DNA from: a virus
Lineage: Duplodnaviria; Caudoviricetes
Reading direction: 5' to 3' (one strand)
Virus record (IMG/VR): IMGVR_UViG_3300020120_000082
Coordinates: 64,001 to 128,000 of that record
Length of the DNA stretch: 64,000 bases
Shown: piece after piece, positions 51,749 through 61,979 of the stretch
Layout of the letters: each line of letters opens with the position of its first letter
Numbering within the stretch: position 1 is the stretch's first letter
Notes under the pieces: generated by a model
Told to the model about the DNA's origin: nothing
The model's database searches: none
The model's input: the letters and a program-made list of their open reading frames with translations, nothing else
Made by a program: the position numbers and the translations under genes

Positions 51749-52305
51749 CCGTTGGCAGTTTTGATGGTCGATTGTCATTTGGGGCCAGCGCCCAAGATGA
51801 ACTGCGTCGGCTGCTCGACGATCGGAGATTTATCATTACTGAAACGGGTCAGGAAAAGTACATTCCTGGTCGCATTCACTCTGATCTGAGAAAGATACAC
51901 AACGACCCAACCGTCAGGGCGATACGTTTTCAGCCAGACTTTATGGCTTATCGCACAGACTTTCCAACTTGTTATTGGGAGTCGAAAGCCTGCACGACTG
52001 ACAAATATATTACACTGGTTATTGAGCAATCGTGCTACGATGAACTTTTTCAGCGCCACAAAAACGGCCAGCGCTGCATTGTGGCTTTCAGGTATTTTTC
52101 TGGAAAATGGGTAGCATCCTGGGTCCAGGAGATCTTGATTGTTGAAAAAGTCTCCGAGGACAATAGGAGACATATGGCACGTGGTTCAATGACTCCGTAC
52201 TACAGAATAAGCCGAAGAAGCTTTCTGTCTCTAGATTTGTTTATATCATGGAATGCGTTGAAGTTTTCAAAATTCAGGTCCCAGCCGGTCATCGATAACC
52301 GGTAA
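51736..52305 (+). CDS. Putative PD-(D/E)xK endonuclease
   Basis: IRFQPDF...YWESK motif; translationally coupled to the MTase. Confidence 0.6.
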   Translation: MAEVTVGSFDGRLSFGASAQDELRRLLDDRRFIITETGQEKYIPGRIHSDLRKIHNDPTVRAIRFQPDFMAYRTDFPTCYWESKACTTDKYITLVIEQSCYDELFQRHKNGQRCIVAFRYFSGKWVASWVQEILIVEKVSEDNRRHMARGSMTPYYRISRRSFLSLDLFISWNALKFSKFRSQPVIDNR

Positions 52306-52335
52306 AGCCGCCATTGGCCTGGGATGCCGTTCTGA

Positions 52336-52755
52336 TTACCAGGAGCGATGACTCTCTTCAATCGTCTCCATGCCATCGTAATCGTCGATGGTCCATTCGA
52401 TATCGTCCGGGATCTCGACGACTTTCAGCTTAGCGAGTTGGCCGCTGACTTCTTCCGGGCCGATCTCTTCGATCAGCGCAATCAGCGTGGGATCGGTACG
52501 AGCCGACTCGTCATGAGAATAGTTGTAGACCATCCCATCTTTGTAAACCGAATTCCCAAAAACGCTATCCTGAAAATAGCCATCGGCTAACTCAACGCGT
52601 TGCTCGCGCCGCATTGCCCAGAATCCAGACTTGTCATTCTTGGGCGGCTCGTCCGGATAGCTGTAGACGCTGGTGCAGCCGCGCTGGATTAGCATTACCA
52701 GCGCACCCTGCGAGATGCCAAACCCGCCATAACAGCGATTGACTACAACTTTCAT
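52336..52755 (-). CDS. Phage hypothetical protein
   Basis: MKVVVNRCYGGFGIS...RTDPTLIALIEEIG...KVVEIPDD..IDDYDGME. Confidence 0.85.
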   Translation of the reverse strand: MKVVVNRCYGGFGISQGALVMLIQRGCTSVYSYPDEPPKNDKSGFWAMRREQRVELADGYFQDSVFGNSVYKDGMVYNYSHDESARTDPTLIALIEEIGPEEVSGQLAKLKVVEIPDDIEWTIDDYDGMETIEESHRSW

Positions 52756-52768
52756 TTATGTCTCCCTG

Positions 52769-52784
52769 ATTCCAGATCTGGAAT
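52769..52784. repeat. 16-bp palindrome, copy 6
   Basis: Exact copy between stop and RBS. Confidence 0.9.
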
Positions 52785-52786
52785 TT

Positions 52787-55700
52787 CTACGGTTGTTCAT
52801 CGCACTGCCAGCTTGGGCGCTGGTGTGTCAAGCACATGCCGTTGACGATATCGCAGGCTGGTGGTGCAACCTGCCACGGTCGGCCATACGGATGCCTGGC
52901 TGGATTGAGCCAGTCTATTTCATCTGGGTCATCGGCTGGATTGCCATACGTGGACTCTTCTTCGGCTTCCTGAGCGCATCCCGGACAGCCATCTTCCCAC
53001 CAGAAATAGCCATGCTTATCGCACAAGATAAACCCAGGTTCTTCATCCATGTTGTTCTTCGTACCCCCAATCTTTGCGCCTGCGATTTAGCTTTATGGCG
53101 ATGTCGATATGCTTTTGCTCGATTTTCAAACCTGGGATCATATCTCGATAACCGCAGTAAAAAAACGCGGCCATCAGAACATCAGCATCTGTCCACTCAT
53201 CCCAATCAGCGGCGACTTGGATAAGAAGCTCGAATTGTTTGTTGACTTCAGCGATGCAGCCAACGTAGTCCGATGGCGAAGAAATAACTTCGTCCCAGTG
53301 TTTCAGGGCTATTTTCCAGACAGGTAGCAGTGGATCACGCATAGGGTTGTTCTCCCCGAGAAATCCGGCGCTGGTTGATTCCAGCGAACAGAATTCGCTT
53401 AGATGTTTCGGCAGCAATTGACAAAAACCCCCTGGGCCAATTCTCTAGATCGCCATCCGGCAAGGCCCTGTAATCAAAACCGTCTACCCGAAACAGAACG
53501 TATTCGCTGCTTATTCGCCCCTCGGCTATGTCCATCCGGATCTGGTTGAAAATGTTCTCAGTCGAATAGATCAGATGTACATCCGAATTGGCATAGGCCG
53601 TTTTGCGTATCATCTCGGACAGTCGCACTAAATTACCATCCGGGATGGCGTTCTCGCTTAGCGGCTTGTATTCCATGATCAGCATATCTTTGCTCCTATT
53701 TTATGACATAGCCGAAATTGTTCGAGATAGTCGTTCACATCTTTGTCCGGAAGTAGATTCCCAATCGCCCCAGGTTAATAACCAGAACACCCCAGTCTTT
53801 CAGCCAAAAATGCGACCAGTCAGCGTCCTTTTTCAGGTCGATAAGAGAAATGCGCCAGAAACGGAAGAAGAACGGATCAGGCCACATCGATATCGTTCTC
53901 CGGCCAGATTTGTGGCGGATTGATCTCTTCGACTCTGTTGCGATCCATCTCGTCAAACCAGACTGGAGTAGCCCATTGGCAGAAATGGTACAGGGCAACG
54001 TCAATCAGGCCCAGATCGTCCGACTTGATCTTTTCTCGGACAGCATGCAAGACCTCGTCGACTCCGCACATGGCCGATGCCAGGGAAAGCGCAAACATTT
54101 GAGCCGCAAAGTGAAGATGTCGTCCTGGGCTGATTTCTTCCAATTCTTCGTCCATAATAATCTCCTTGTTAAATGCCTATAACCCAGCCATTTCTGGCTG
54201 GGCATAGGATACAGCGGGTTTATTTACGCTCTTCCGGCTCATGGCAATGCACGCAGTATTCCGAGTCTGGATCGTCGTAATGGCAAAGATTGTCAGGCGA
54301 CTCTGGACACCACCAGCCCAGATAGTCGTGGCACCATTCGCAGTAAGCCGAATTGTTATCTTTATTGGCTTTGTGCTGTGGGCAATGCAGAGTCAGCGTG
54401 CTGGGTACGCTGGCCAGTTCACCCACGACGAAATAGTCATCAATGCGGCTGATGTAGTCCAGCACGTATGGCGGCGAGTCTGGCAGGGCTGGATGGCGGA
54501 AAACAAACCCGCTCTGGTGATGCAGGTGCATCAGCCAGCCACCGCCTATCTTGATGGGCTGATTTCTAGAATTCATCTTCGTTCTCCGCTTCTTCGAATT
54601 CCACCGAAACAACGTCCCATAATTGCTCCACGATCCTGGCATTCTTGGCCAGATCGCGCTTGCCAGTGGCATCAGCCGTTACGCGCAAGCTGAGCGCCTG
54701 GTCTTTGGTTTCGGGATGATATCCGAAACGCACCAGGTAAGCATAGGCATTGCTGAATGTCTGGCGCAGCTTGGTGATATCAAACCCATCTTCGTCTTGA
54801 TCGCTCATTTTAGCTCCTGATTGCGTGCATGTAGGGCGCGAGTTTCGGCATCACAGGCGTCATCGTAAGCCTTGGCCGCTTGTTGGCGCACCTCGAAAAC
54901 AAACTCGAAATAGACGCGTGCGTTCTTCAGCGCCCAGATTGCGTTTTCGTACTCTTCGACTGGGATCAGGTATTCCTGATATTTTCGCTGAGATATCTTG
55001 AAATGCACCTCTGCCTGATCGCATTGCAGAGACGCTTCTCTGACATTTGCGGATGCAATGCCGTACAACCGAAGCTTTTCGATCCGTTCGGATTTCAGGC
55101 GCTCGAAGTCATCATCGTTGCTCATATTCTCTCCGTTTTCCTAGTGGATCTCTTCGAATGCGAATTGGACTTCCGGCTGCTCTTCCTGGAGCCGAGCGCA
55201 CAAAACGATTGCGTCCAGAACGTTTTCAGCCATGGCAACCAGGATCTTGTAGCCACCCCACAGCAAATTCACAGCGAACATTTTCGGCTCCTTTCAGCAG
55301 GCGTGCCGTCCGAAGATCGTGTACAGCGTGAAGCACACGATGAAAACTATGATGATGTCGCCAATTATTGGATAAAGCGGCTTGGCGTTGGTATTGAACG
55401 TCATGCCTGGCCTTTGCCCAAGAATTGCAGCTTTGGCGGTTTCCGTCAGATACCAGTAGTACGCGAATGTGAGCATCGTTTCTCCTTTTGGGAATATGAA
55501 TTCGCCTGTCTCTTAAACGCAAATGCCCCAGGCTAATTAGCCTGGGGCTGGTATTCAATCTGCGTTTACCACTCGTCGGGTTCGTAGTTTTCTGGCGGAT
55601 CGGCTGGGATCTTGTCCAGCAGTTCGAATGCATCGCCCGTATCCGTCAGGCAGATGCAGGCCGGGAGAACCACGGTGCGGCCATCTTCCAGTTCCATGAA

Positions 55701-58370
55701 TTGGGGCAGAACTTCTGGGAACATGATTACTCCTTGGGCTGCAAGACGCGCAGGCGCTTGTTCTTCTCGCTGGCCTGGGCAGGCTCAATCTTCGGGAAAA
55801 TGAACCGGCTTTGTAGGGAGTCAATGATAGCCGAAACGAATGCAACGGCCACCAAAGCACCAGCGCCAATAAAAGAAACCTTGACAACGTTGATGATTAG
55901 ATCTGGTGCGTTCATTTTGACTCCTCGTTGCTGAATATGGCCTGAATTTGAGAGGCGCGGACGGATTCGAGGACGTATGGCTGGTTATCCATTTCGATCC
56001 CATAAGCCGGTTCATTGGGGTTAATCCATGATCCGGTTATTTGGCGAAATGTTCCCAACACTGATCCGCCAATCGTTCTGGGTCGGAATAAAATTACGCG
56101 CCATCCGGGACGAATGCGATCCATCGAAGAGAGTTCCATTGCTAGTCCTCCACTGGGTAAAATTCGAACATGGATCCGGGGAAATGCTGCTGTATGAAAG
56201 CGTGTTCGTCGTCGCTTATGACGCCTGTCATCCTGCCCCATTCGACAATATCATTGCGGCTGTACCGATAGGGGAAATCTTCCAGAAGAAACAGATCGGC
56301 CACTGCCAGGAACATGCGCTCAGCGATTGTTTCTTTAGATTCGGGCTCATCACTCATTGATTTCTCCGGTGAACATGCCGCTGCCAAACACGGTCAGGAT
56401 GGCAAATAGCACCACAACGCCGATGAAGATCAGGATTCCGACCGGGCTCATGTTTTTGTCTCCTAAAAATGTGAAATAGGTGATTTTTATATGCACGAGT
56501 AATTCAGACCATATTCAGATCGCGTCTGAATAATCCAAAATACTCTTGCCCTTAACTGCAAAAAGGCCTGGTTTTTAGGCCAGGCCTTTTCCAAACAGCC
56601 GTTTGGGGCAGGTGCGCTGAAATTAATCCAGGCGCAGGTTGTCGATTTCAGCAATAATTTTGCGCGGATCCAGGCGTTCCAGCCAGCCGCTTTCCAGGCG
56701 AACGTACAATCCCCAGGGTTGATCGTCATTGTCGTTGATTTCGATTGGCACTGGAAAATTCGGAATGGGCCGCGCCTTCAGATCGGCCACAAGCTCCGGA
56801 TACCACTTCTCAAACCAGTTTGGCATCTGGTAATAGTGCTCATTCCAGGCTTCGCCGCTGGCATTGACCATTACGATTTGACTATCGGAGTAGAAAACAG
56901 CCCGAAGACGATTCAATTCAGGGTAGGTTCGATTATCCAAAGATACGACCATTTGATCTTTCATTGGCATCTCCTTTTAGCGGCCCAGCTTGGCTTGGAC
57001 AGCGCGATTGAACGCCAGGATGTCTTCCTGGTAGGTGGTATCCGGATCGTACCATTCGATGGATGCACCCAGGCATTCTTCGATGATTGGCTTGATGCTG
57101 AAGCCGATGTCGTATTTCGATTCCCAGTCCAGTTCCTGGTCATCGATGGTCTTCTGTAATTCAGCGGCCAGGAACTTGAAGCGTGCCGTTCGACTCTGGT
57201 CGGTGGACGTGATCTTGTAGAAGACGCGATTTAGTGGTTCCAGGATGACAACCGACTCATTGGACTGGAAAACCAGTTCGTCGGTCGAATTGGTTTCGAC
57301 CGACTCGGTTTCCCAGATGCCAGTTACCTGGCCAGCGTGGATGCGTTGCACTTGCAGGCTCATGTTTTTCTCCTAGTTGAAATAGCCATCCAAGCGCAGC
57401 AGCAGATTGACCAAGAATGTCTGCCGCTTGCCGAACGGCATGAAATCTGCCAGTTCGTAGCCATGCTCCGCGGCGATTTCATATTGCAGATCGGCTACGT
57501 CCAGCCATTGCAGCATGAATTCATGCGCGTTTATTTCCTGGCCAGAATTGAAACTAACGCAGCGAACTTGTTCGACTTCCAGTTCAGCGAGCATAGTTAT
57601 ACTCCTATGTGCTTCTGTCACTTAAACGCAAAAGAGCCAGGGAAATCCCTGGCTCTTGGTGTCTTGCGCTTATTCAGTTTTCAGTCCTGGAATTACTTCA
57701 GGTTCACGTAGAAGCCCAGCAGGTTGTACTGGTGGACCAGCAGCGGGAAGACCTGATCATTGGCCTTGAAGAGCATGACGCCACCCTTCTTGTACAGGGC
57801 ATGCCCGCCGTCCTGGCTCCAGAACGTCACGGCTGGCCGAATGGCCTTGCCACCGGGGATGTGGGCGCGGAATTCAACAGCCTTCGGCGTATCGGTCACA
57901 ACCACTTCAGCTTCAGCGATTTGCATGTCCATTTCGACTCCTTTGAATTGGGCCAGGATTGGCCAAAATCCCATGCCGCATCTCGAATGCGGATGGCCTG
58001 CCCGTCAGGCGCATGGGGAATGCTATTAAGTTAGCCCACATTGAAGTGGATCCAAACAAGCAAGAGATTAGCTCTGATGTAGAAACACCTTTTCCCAGGC
58101 AGGGATGTTAATCCGCCCTTGACATTGATCGATCTTTGCTTTGAGCGATAGACGGAAAGCAGAATGGTCATCTTATCCGAATCGCTCTTGTTCGCGTGAA
58201 TCCCAGTAGTCCATCATTTCCTTGGCCGTGGTCACGCAATCCGACTCGGTTTCATGCCAGCCGAAATTGCTTGATCCGTCTATGTGCCAGAAAATCATGC
58301 ACCACATTCCGCGCTCTTCGTCGAAAAACCAGGCAGCACTCATATGTTTTCTCCTTTGGCTTGAATGCAA
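52787..58370 (-). other. Run of about 20 small hypothetical genes punctuated by hairpin elements
   Basis: For example 53335-53685, 53877-54155, 54220-54576, 54805-55125, 56623-56970, 56977-57363, 57373-57594, 57693-57932, 58173-58343, most with AGGAG-type RBS. Confidence 0.6.
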
Positions 58371-58432
58371 AATGGGCTACCTCCGGCAGGTAGCCCATAG
58401 CCCAGATGAATTCTCCGGCTGGGATGGCGAGA

Positions 58433-58843
58433 CTAGGCCAGCTTGTCGAAAACCTGGCTGAGCGTGGAAATGGTGCGCGACTGGATGTAATCCACCCAGC
58501 CGTCATCCATGCAGATGGGGTAATACGTTTCGCCATCGGGCATGGTCCAGGGCTTGGGAATGAAACACACCTGGGGCAGCGACTCGCCCATCCAGCGGTC
58601 CAGGTACAGCTTCCAATAGTCGTTATCGTACCAGTCGATCAGCTTTTCCAGAGTCAGCGGCATGCGGCCCGAGATGGCATGGCCGGAAAAGCGAAACGGT
58701 TCCGGGTCCGGGATTTGCTGGCGATAGCACTCCATGGAGCGATTCCAGTCTTCCTGGTACACCTGATTAGCGTGGTCGATCAACGCCTGCACCTGTCCCC
58801 GATTGAGCAGGATTTCCCCATGCGCGAGCAAAATCTGAGCCAT
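58433..58843 (-). CDS. Hypothetical protein
   Basis: Start MAQILL after AAGGAGA. Confidence 0.7.
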   Translation of the reverse strand: MAQILLAHGEILLNRGQVQALIDHANQVYQEDWNRSMECYRQQIPDPEPFRFSGHAISGRMPLTLEKLIDWYDNDYWKLYLDRWMGESLPQVCFIPKPWTMPDGETYYPICMDDGWVDYIQSRTISTLSQVFDKLA

Positions 58844-58859
58844 TGCAAATTCTCCTTGT

Positions 58860-59060
58860 CTAAGCGGACTCGATCTCGGTCCAGTCCCCAATCTGGAAGT
58901 CGATGCTGGGAATGATGCGCTCAACCAGATGCCCATTGCGATACAGGCCGATTTCGCCATTGGTCCTGGCGCTGGCTTTTTCAGCTTCCCAGGTCTTGAT
59001 GACATCGGGAATGGCCTGGGTATACGGATGATTGTTGCGGACTTGCTTGATGATGACCAT
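58860..59060 (-). CDS. Hypothetical protein
   Basis: AAAGGAGA RBS after the hairpin element. Confidence 0.65.
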   Translation of the reverse strand: MVIIKQVRNNHPYTQAIPDVIKTWEAEKASARTNGEIGLYRNGHLVERIIPSIDFQIGDWTEIESA

Positions 59061-59135
59061 AATGAGTCTCCTTTGCTTAAATGCCAATAGGGCGCTCAAT
59101 TGAGCGCCCTTGGGAATTGCTTTCGATTGCGGGAA

Positions 59136-59315
59136 TTACAGCCAGGCGATGGCGTGTGCGGAGATGAACGCGATGAATTTGTGCTGGCTGTCGGAAAGAT
59201 CATCGAACGTGCCGATGTCCAGCAGATGGCGGAGATTGAGGCTGAGAAACAGACGTGCTTGGCGCAGCAGGGATTGCATCTCCTGTTCGCAGGTAGGCGG
59301 CATCTCGATTTCCAT
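59136..59315 (-). CDS. Hypothetical protein (59 aa, below the ORF-track cutoff)
   Basis: MEIEMPPTCEQ...AIAWL; AAAGGA RBS. Confidence 0.55.
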   Translation of the reverse strand: MEIEMPPTCEQEMQSLLRQARLFLSLNLRHLLDIGTFDDLSDSQHKFIAFISAHAIAWL

Positions 59316-59435
59316 TTCGGTTTTCCTTTCTGGGAATAGTCGCCGGTTATGTTATGCAACCAGGCGGGAGTCTGTTGCTTAAATGCCAATAGGGAGGCGG
59401 ATTCCGTCTCCCTGAATTGGCTTGCCCAGCGGGAA

Positions 59436-59951
59436 TTATTCCCGCCCGCTGCCGATGTTCTTTAGCAGTTCCTTATTGAATGCATCCGTGATTTCGGCAG
59501 TTACTTTGAGGTGGATCATCTCAACGCCACCGGTATTCGACTCGTGCTTGTGGCGAATTGGCGCATCCTTAGAATCGTCCAGAAATATATCCCGCCCGGT
59601 GATAAACGTCATAATCTCTTGGGCTTGTGCTTTCTGATTTTGCAGCAAAAGATTCCCTGCGCGGATTCCCTGGATTGACTCATGCGAGCGAGCGTCCAGT
59701 TTTACATGCCGGTCAATAAATCGGGCCATAGTCCTATAGCCCAATTGGCGCAGCTTGGGAATCAGAATATCCGCCTGTCGGCGGAATTCCTTTCGGATTT
59801 CTTTATCTGTCGTGATACGCCTCACTTGCTTTTCTGGCGTATCGCGATACCGAGTCACCGGGGCTTGATGCTTGGATTTTAGGGTGATACGCCTATCATC
59901 CATTGAATTGCCTTTCATGCCGGGAATTCTAATTTCGTCGTCGAATTGCAT
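59436..59951 (-). CDS. Basic hypothetical protein
   Basis: 171 aa, GGAGG RBS. Confidence 0.7.
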   Translation of the reverse strand: MQFDDEIRIPGMKGNSMDDRRITLKSKHQAPVTRYRDTPEKQVRRITTDKEIRKEFRRQADILIPKLRQLGYRTMARFIDRHVKLDARSHESIQGIRAGNLLLQNQKAQAQEIMTFITGRDIFLDDSKDAPIRHKHESNTGGVEMIHLKVTAEITDAFNKELLKNIGSGRE

Positions 59952-60003
59952 TTTTCGCCTCCCAATGATAAGCGGGGCTTAAAATAAAATGAGCCCCGCT
60001 TGC

Positions 60004-61804
60004 CTCAGCGGGGCTCATTATGTGCGGTTCGCAGCGCGGTATTATGTGCGGGCTCAGCCCCGCTCAGGCTGAGCCCGATTCGGCTGAGCCTCAGCCCGTA
60101 TCATGCGCGGGGCTCAGGCTCAGCCGAACCTTAAACAAAATGAGCCCCGCTCAGCCCGTGTTATGCGGGGCTGAGCGGGGCTCAGGGTATTACAGGCTCA
60201 GACTGTTAGACGTTCGCGGGCTCAGTCTCAGCCCCGACAGACTCAACCTGTGCGGGCTCAGTCTCAGCGGGCTTGCCACTATTGGCCCAAGCCTCAGCCT
60301 CTGGACTCAGCCCATAGCGGTTCGGCCCAGTATCGCGTGTAGTGAATTCAGCCTCAGCCGAACCGAACCGCGCAACGAACCGCAACCCGCCAATTTCGCC
60401 ATTGAGGGCATATGCCCATTTTTCACCCTCAATGGCCCGCTGAAAATTACCGCTCTTGGCGGTATTTTCCGGGATTCGCCATTGATTCGGCCCGTACCTC
60501 AGGCTCAGGGTGACGGTATAGTCTGAGCCCAAAAGGGACGCCTCAGCCTCAGACAAGCTCAGAGTCTCAGCCTTTCCTCGGCTCAGGGTGAAAACCTCAG
60601 CCGAACGGCGTGCCTTGTTTTTCGGGGCCATGAAGCGAACCGAACCGCGAGTCTTGAGACCGGTCTCAGCGGGCCATTTGAGCCCCGCCCCGAACGACAA
60701 GAGCCCCGAACCATCGCGCATATCATCCCGGCCCGTAAACGTCAAGGTTTTTACAACCTTGATGCTAGGGCTCTTGAGGGTGACGAGAACCTCAAGGGGT
60801 TGACTATTGCTCAGGGTGACGGGCTTTTCATCCTTTCCCAACAAAACGAAAACATTTGTGGCCATGCTAGAACCTTTCCGGGCCATATGGCCCTATAAGA
60901 ACGGGGCTCAGCCCCGTTCGGCTTGTCCCCCTCAGGCTGAGCCCGAACCGTATAACCGGGCTCAGGCTCAGCCTGAGAACGACAAGCAAGCAAGAGAGTC
61001 AACCTATACCGCCCCGCTCAGGGTGACGGTACCGCACTACGGCATATTCTCAGCCGAATTTTTCGGGCCAAAAAACGCGGTAAATAATGGCCCTAGTCTT
61101 TGCAAGGGGGAGGTGTAATAACCTCAGGCTCTTGTCAGGCTCAGCCCCAAGAGCGGGCCGAACCTGCGCGGGCCGTTATGCCCCATTCGCCTAGAACGTA
61201 TCTAGGCGATTCGCCATTTTGAGAAGAGCCCCAAAAACTGACTCAACCCTCAGGCTATGCAATAGGTTGTTTTTACCCTCAGCCGAACAAGCCTGAGGGG
61301 GATAGTGCGGGCTTGTCAGAGCCCGGCTGAGCTGTTCGGTTATGGGCCAATAGCCCCGCAAAAAACGCCTAAACGCGGCAACACGGCCCGAACCGCCACT
61401 AACACGGTTCAAGGGTTGCAACGTGCCTAAGCTGAGCGAGAGATAAGCGAACGACATAGCCCGCATTATGCGCGAGGGCTCAGAACCGTTCTAACTTTGT
61501 AACATTCTACGGTTATAACTAAGTTTGAGAGACTGGAAAATAGGCACTATCCGTAAACTTTTGACGCGTGATTGTAACGTTCATTACTAGACATAAGTGT
61601 ACGGTTATACGCATTAAGCGGGCCATTTTGGAAAAACGCGGGGCGTGGCTCAGCCTGAGCGGGGCTTATACTACACTTGTTATAATAGCGTACACTTGTC
61701 AATATACCGCATAGGCGGGGCTCAGCGGGCCGTTATGGGGCGGGGCTGAGCCTGAGCCCATAGCCCGCCATTAACACGCATGGCGGTACCTCAGCGGGGC
61801 TCAG
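60004..61804. repeat. CTCAG/CTGAG-saturated tract at the strand switch
   Basis: About 50 copies by manual count, mostly as GGCTCAG, CTGAGCC or CCTCAG. Confidence 0.9.
60206..60865 (-). CDS. Hypothetical protein embedded in the CTCAG tract
   Basis: Long ORF (alternative start 60886) with GAAAGG upstream; rich in AE/TE/LS dipeptides produced by CTGAG. Confidence 0.6.
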   Translation of the reverse strand: MATNVFVLLGKDEKPVTLSNSQPLEVLVTLKSPSIKVVKTLTFTGRDDMRDGSGLLSFGAGLKWPAETGLKTRGSVRFMAPKNKARRSAEVFTLSRGKAETLSLSEAEASLLGSDYTVTLSLRYGPNQWRIPENTAKSGNFQRAIEGEKWAYALNGEIGGLRFVARFGSAEAEFTTRDTGPNRYGLSPEAEAWANSGKPAETEPAQVESVGAETEPANV

Positions 61805-61979
61805 CGGGCTATTCTAGGGGCGGTTCTAAGGGGTGAAAATGAGCGGATTAGTCCCCCCCTCTTGTTAGCCGACGGAGTCGACATAACGCGGCCTGGGGCC
61901 GTGGTAGTCCCTAAAACAACTTGAGCCTCAAAATTCCCACGTTACATATTCTCCAGCATTTCGCCTGTAAAATAAGCGC

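Noticed and set aside
2321-52786. Integron attC cassette array
   Set aside because: The palindromes lack RYYYAAC/GTTRRRY ends and extrahelical bases, are sparse, and no integron integrase is visible.
60004-61804. CRISPR array or tandem/iteron repeat
   Set aside because: There is no constant 23-47 nt repeat with regular spacers. The repeated unit is only 5-8 nt, irregularly spaced and in both orientations, and no cas genes are present.
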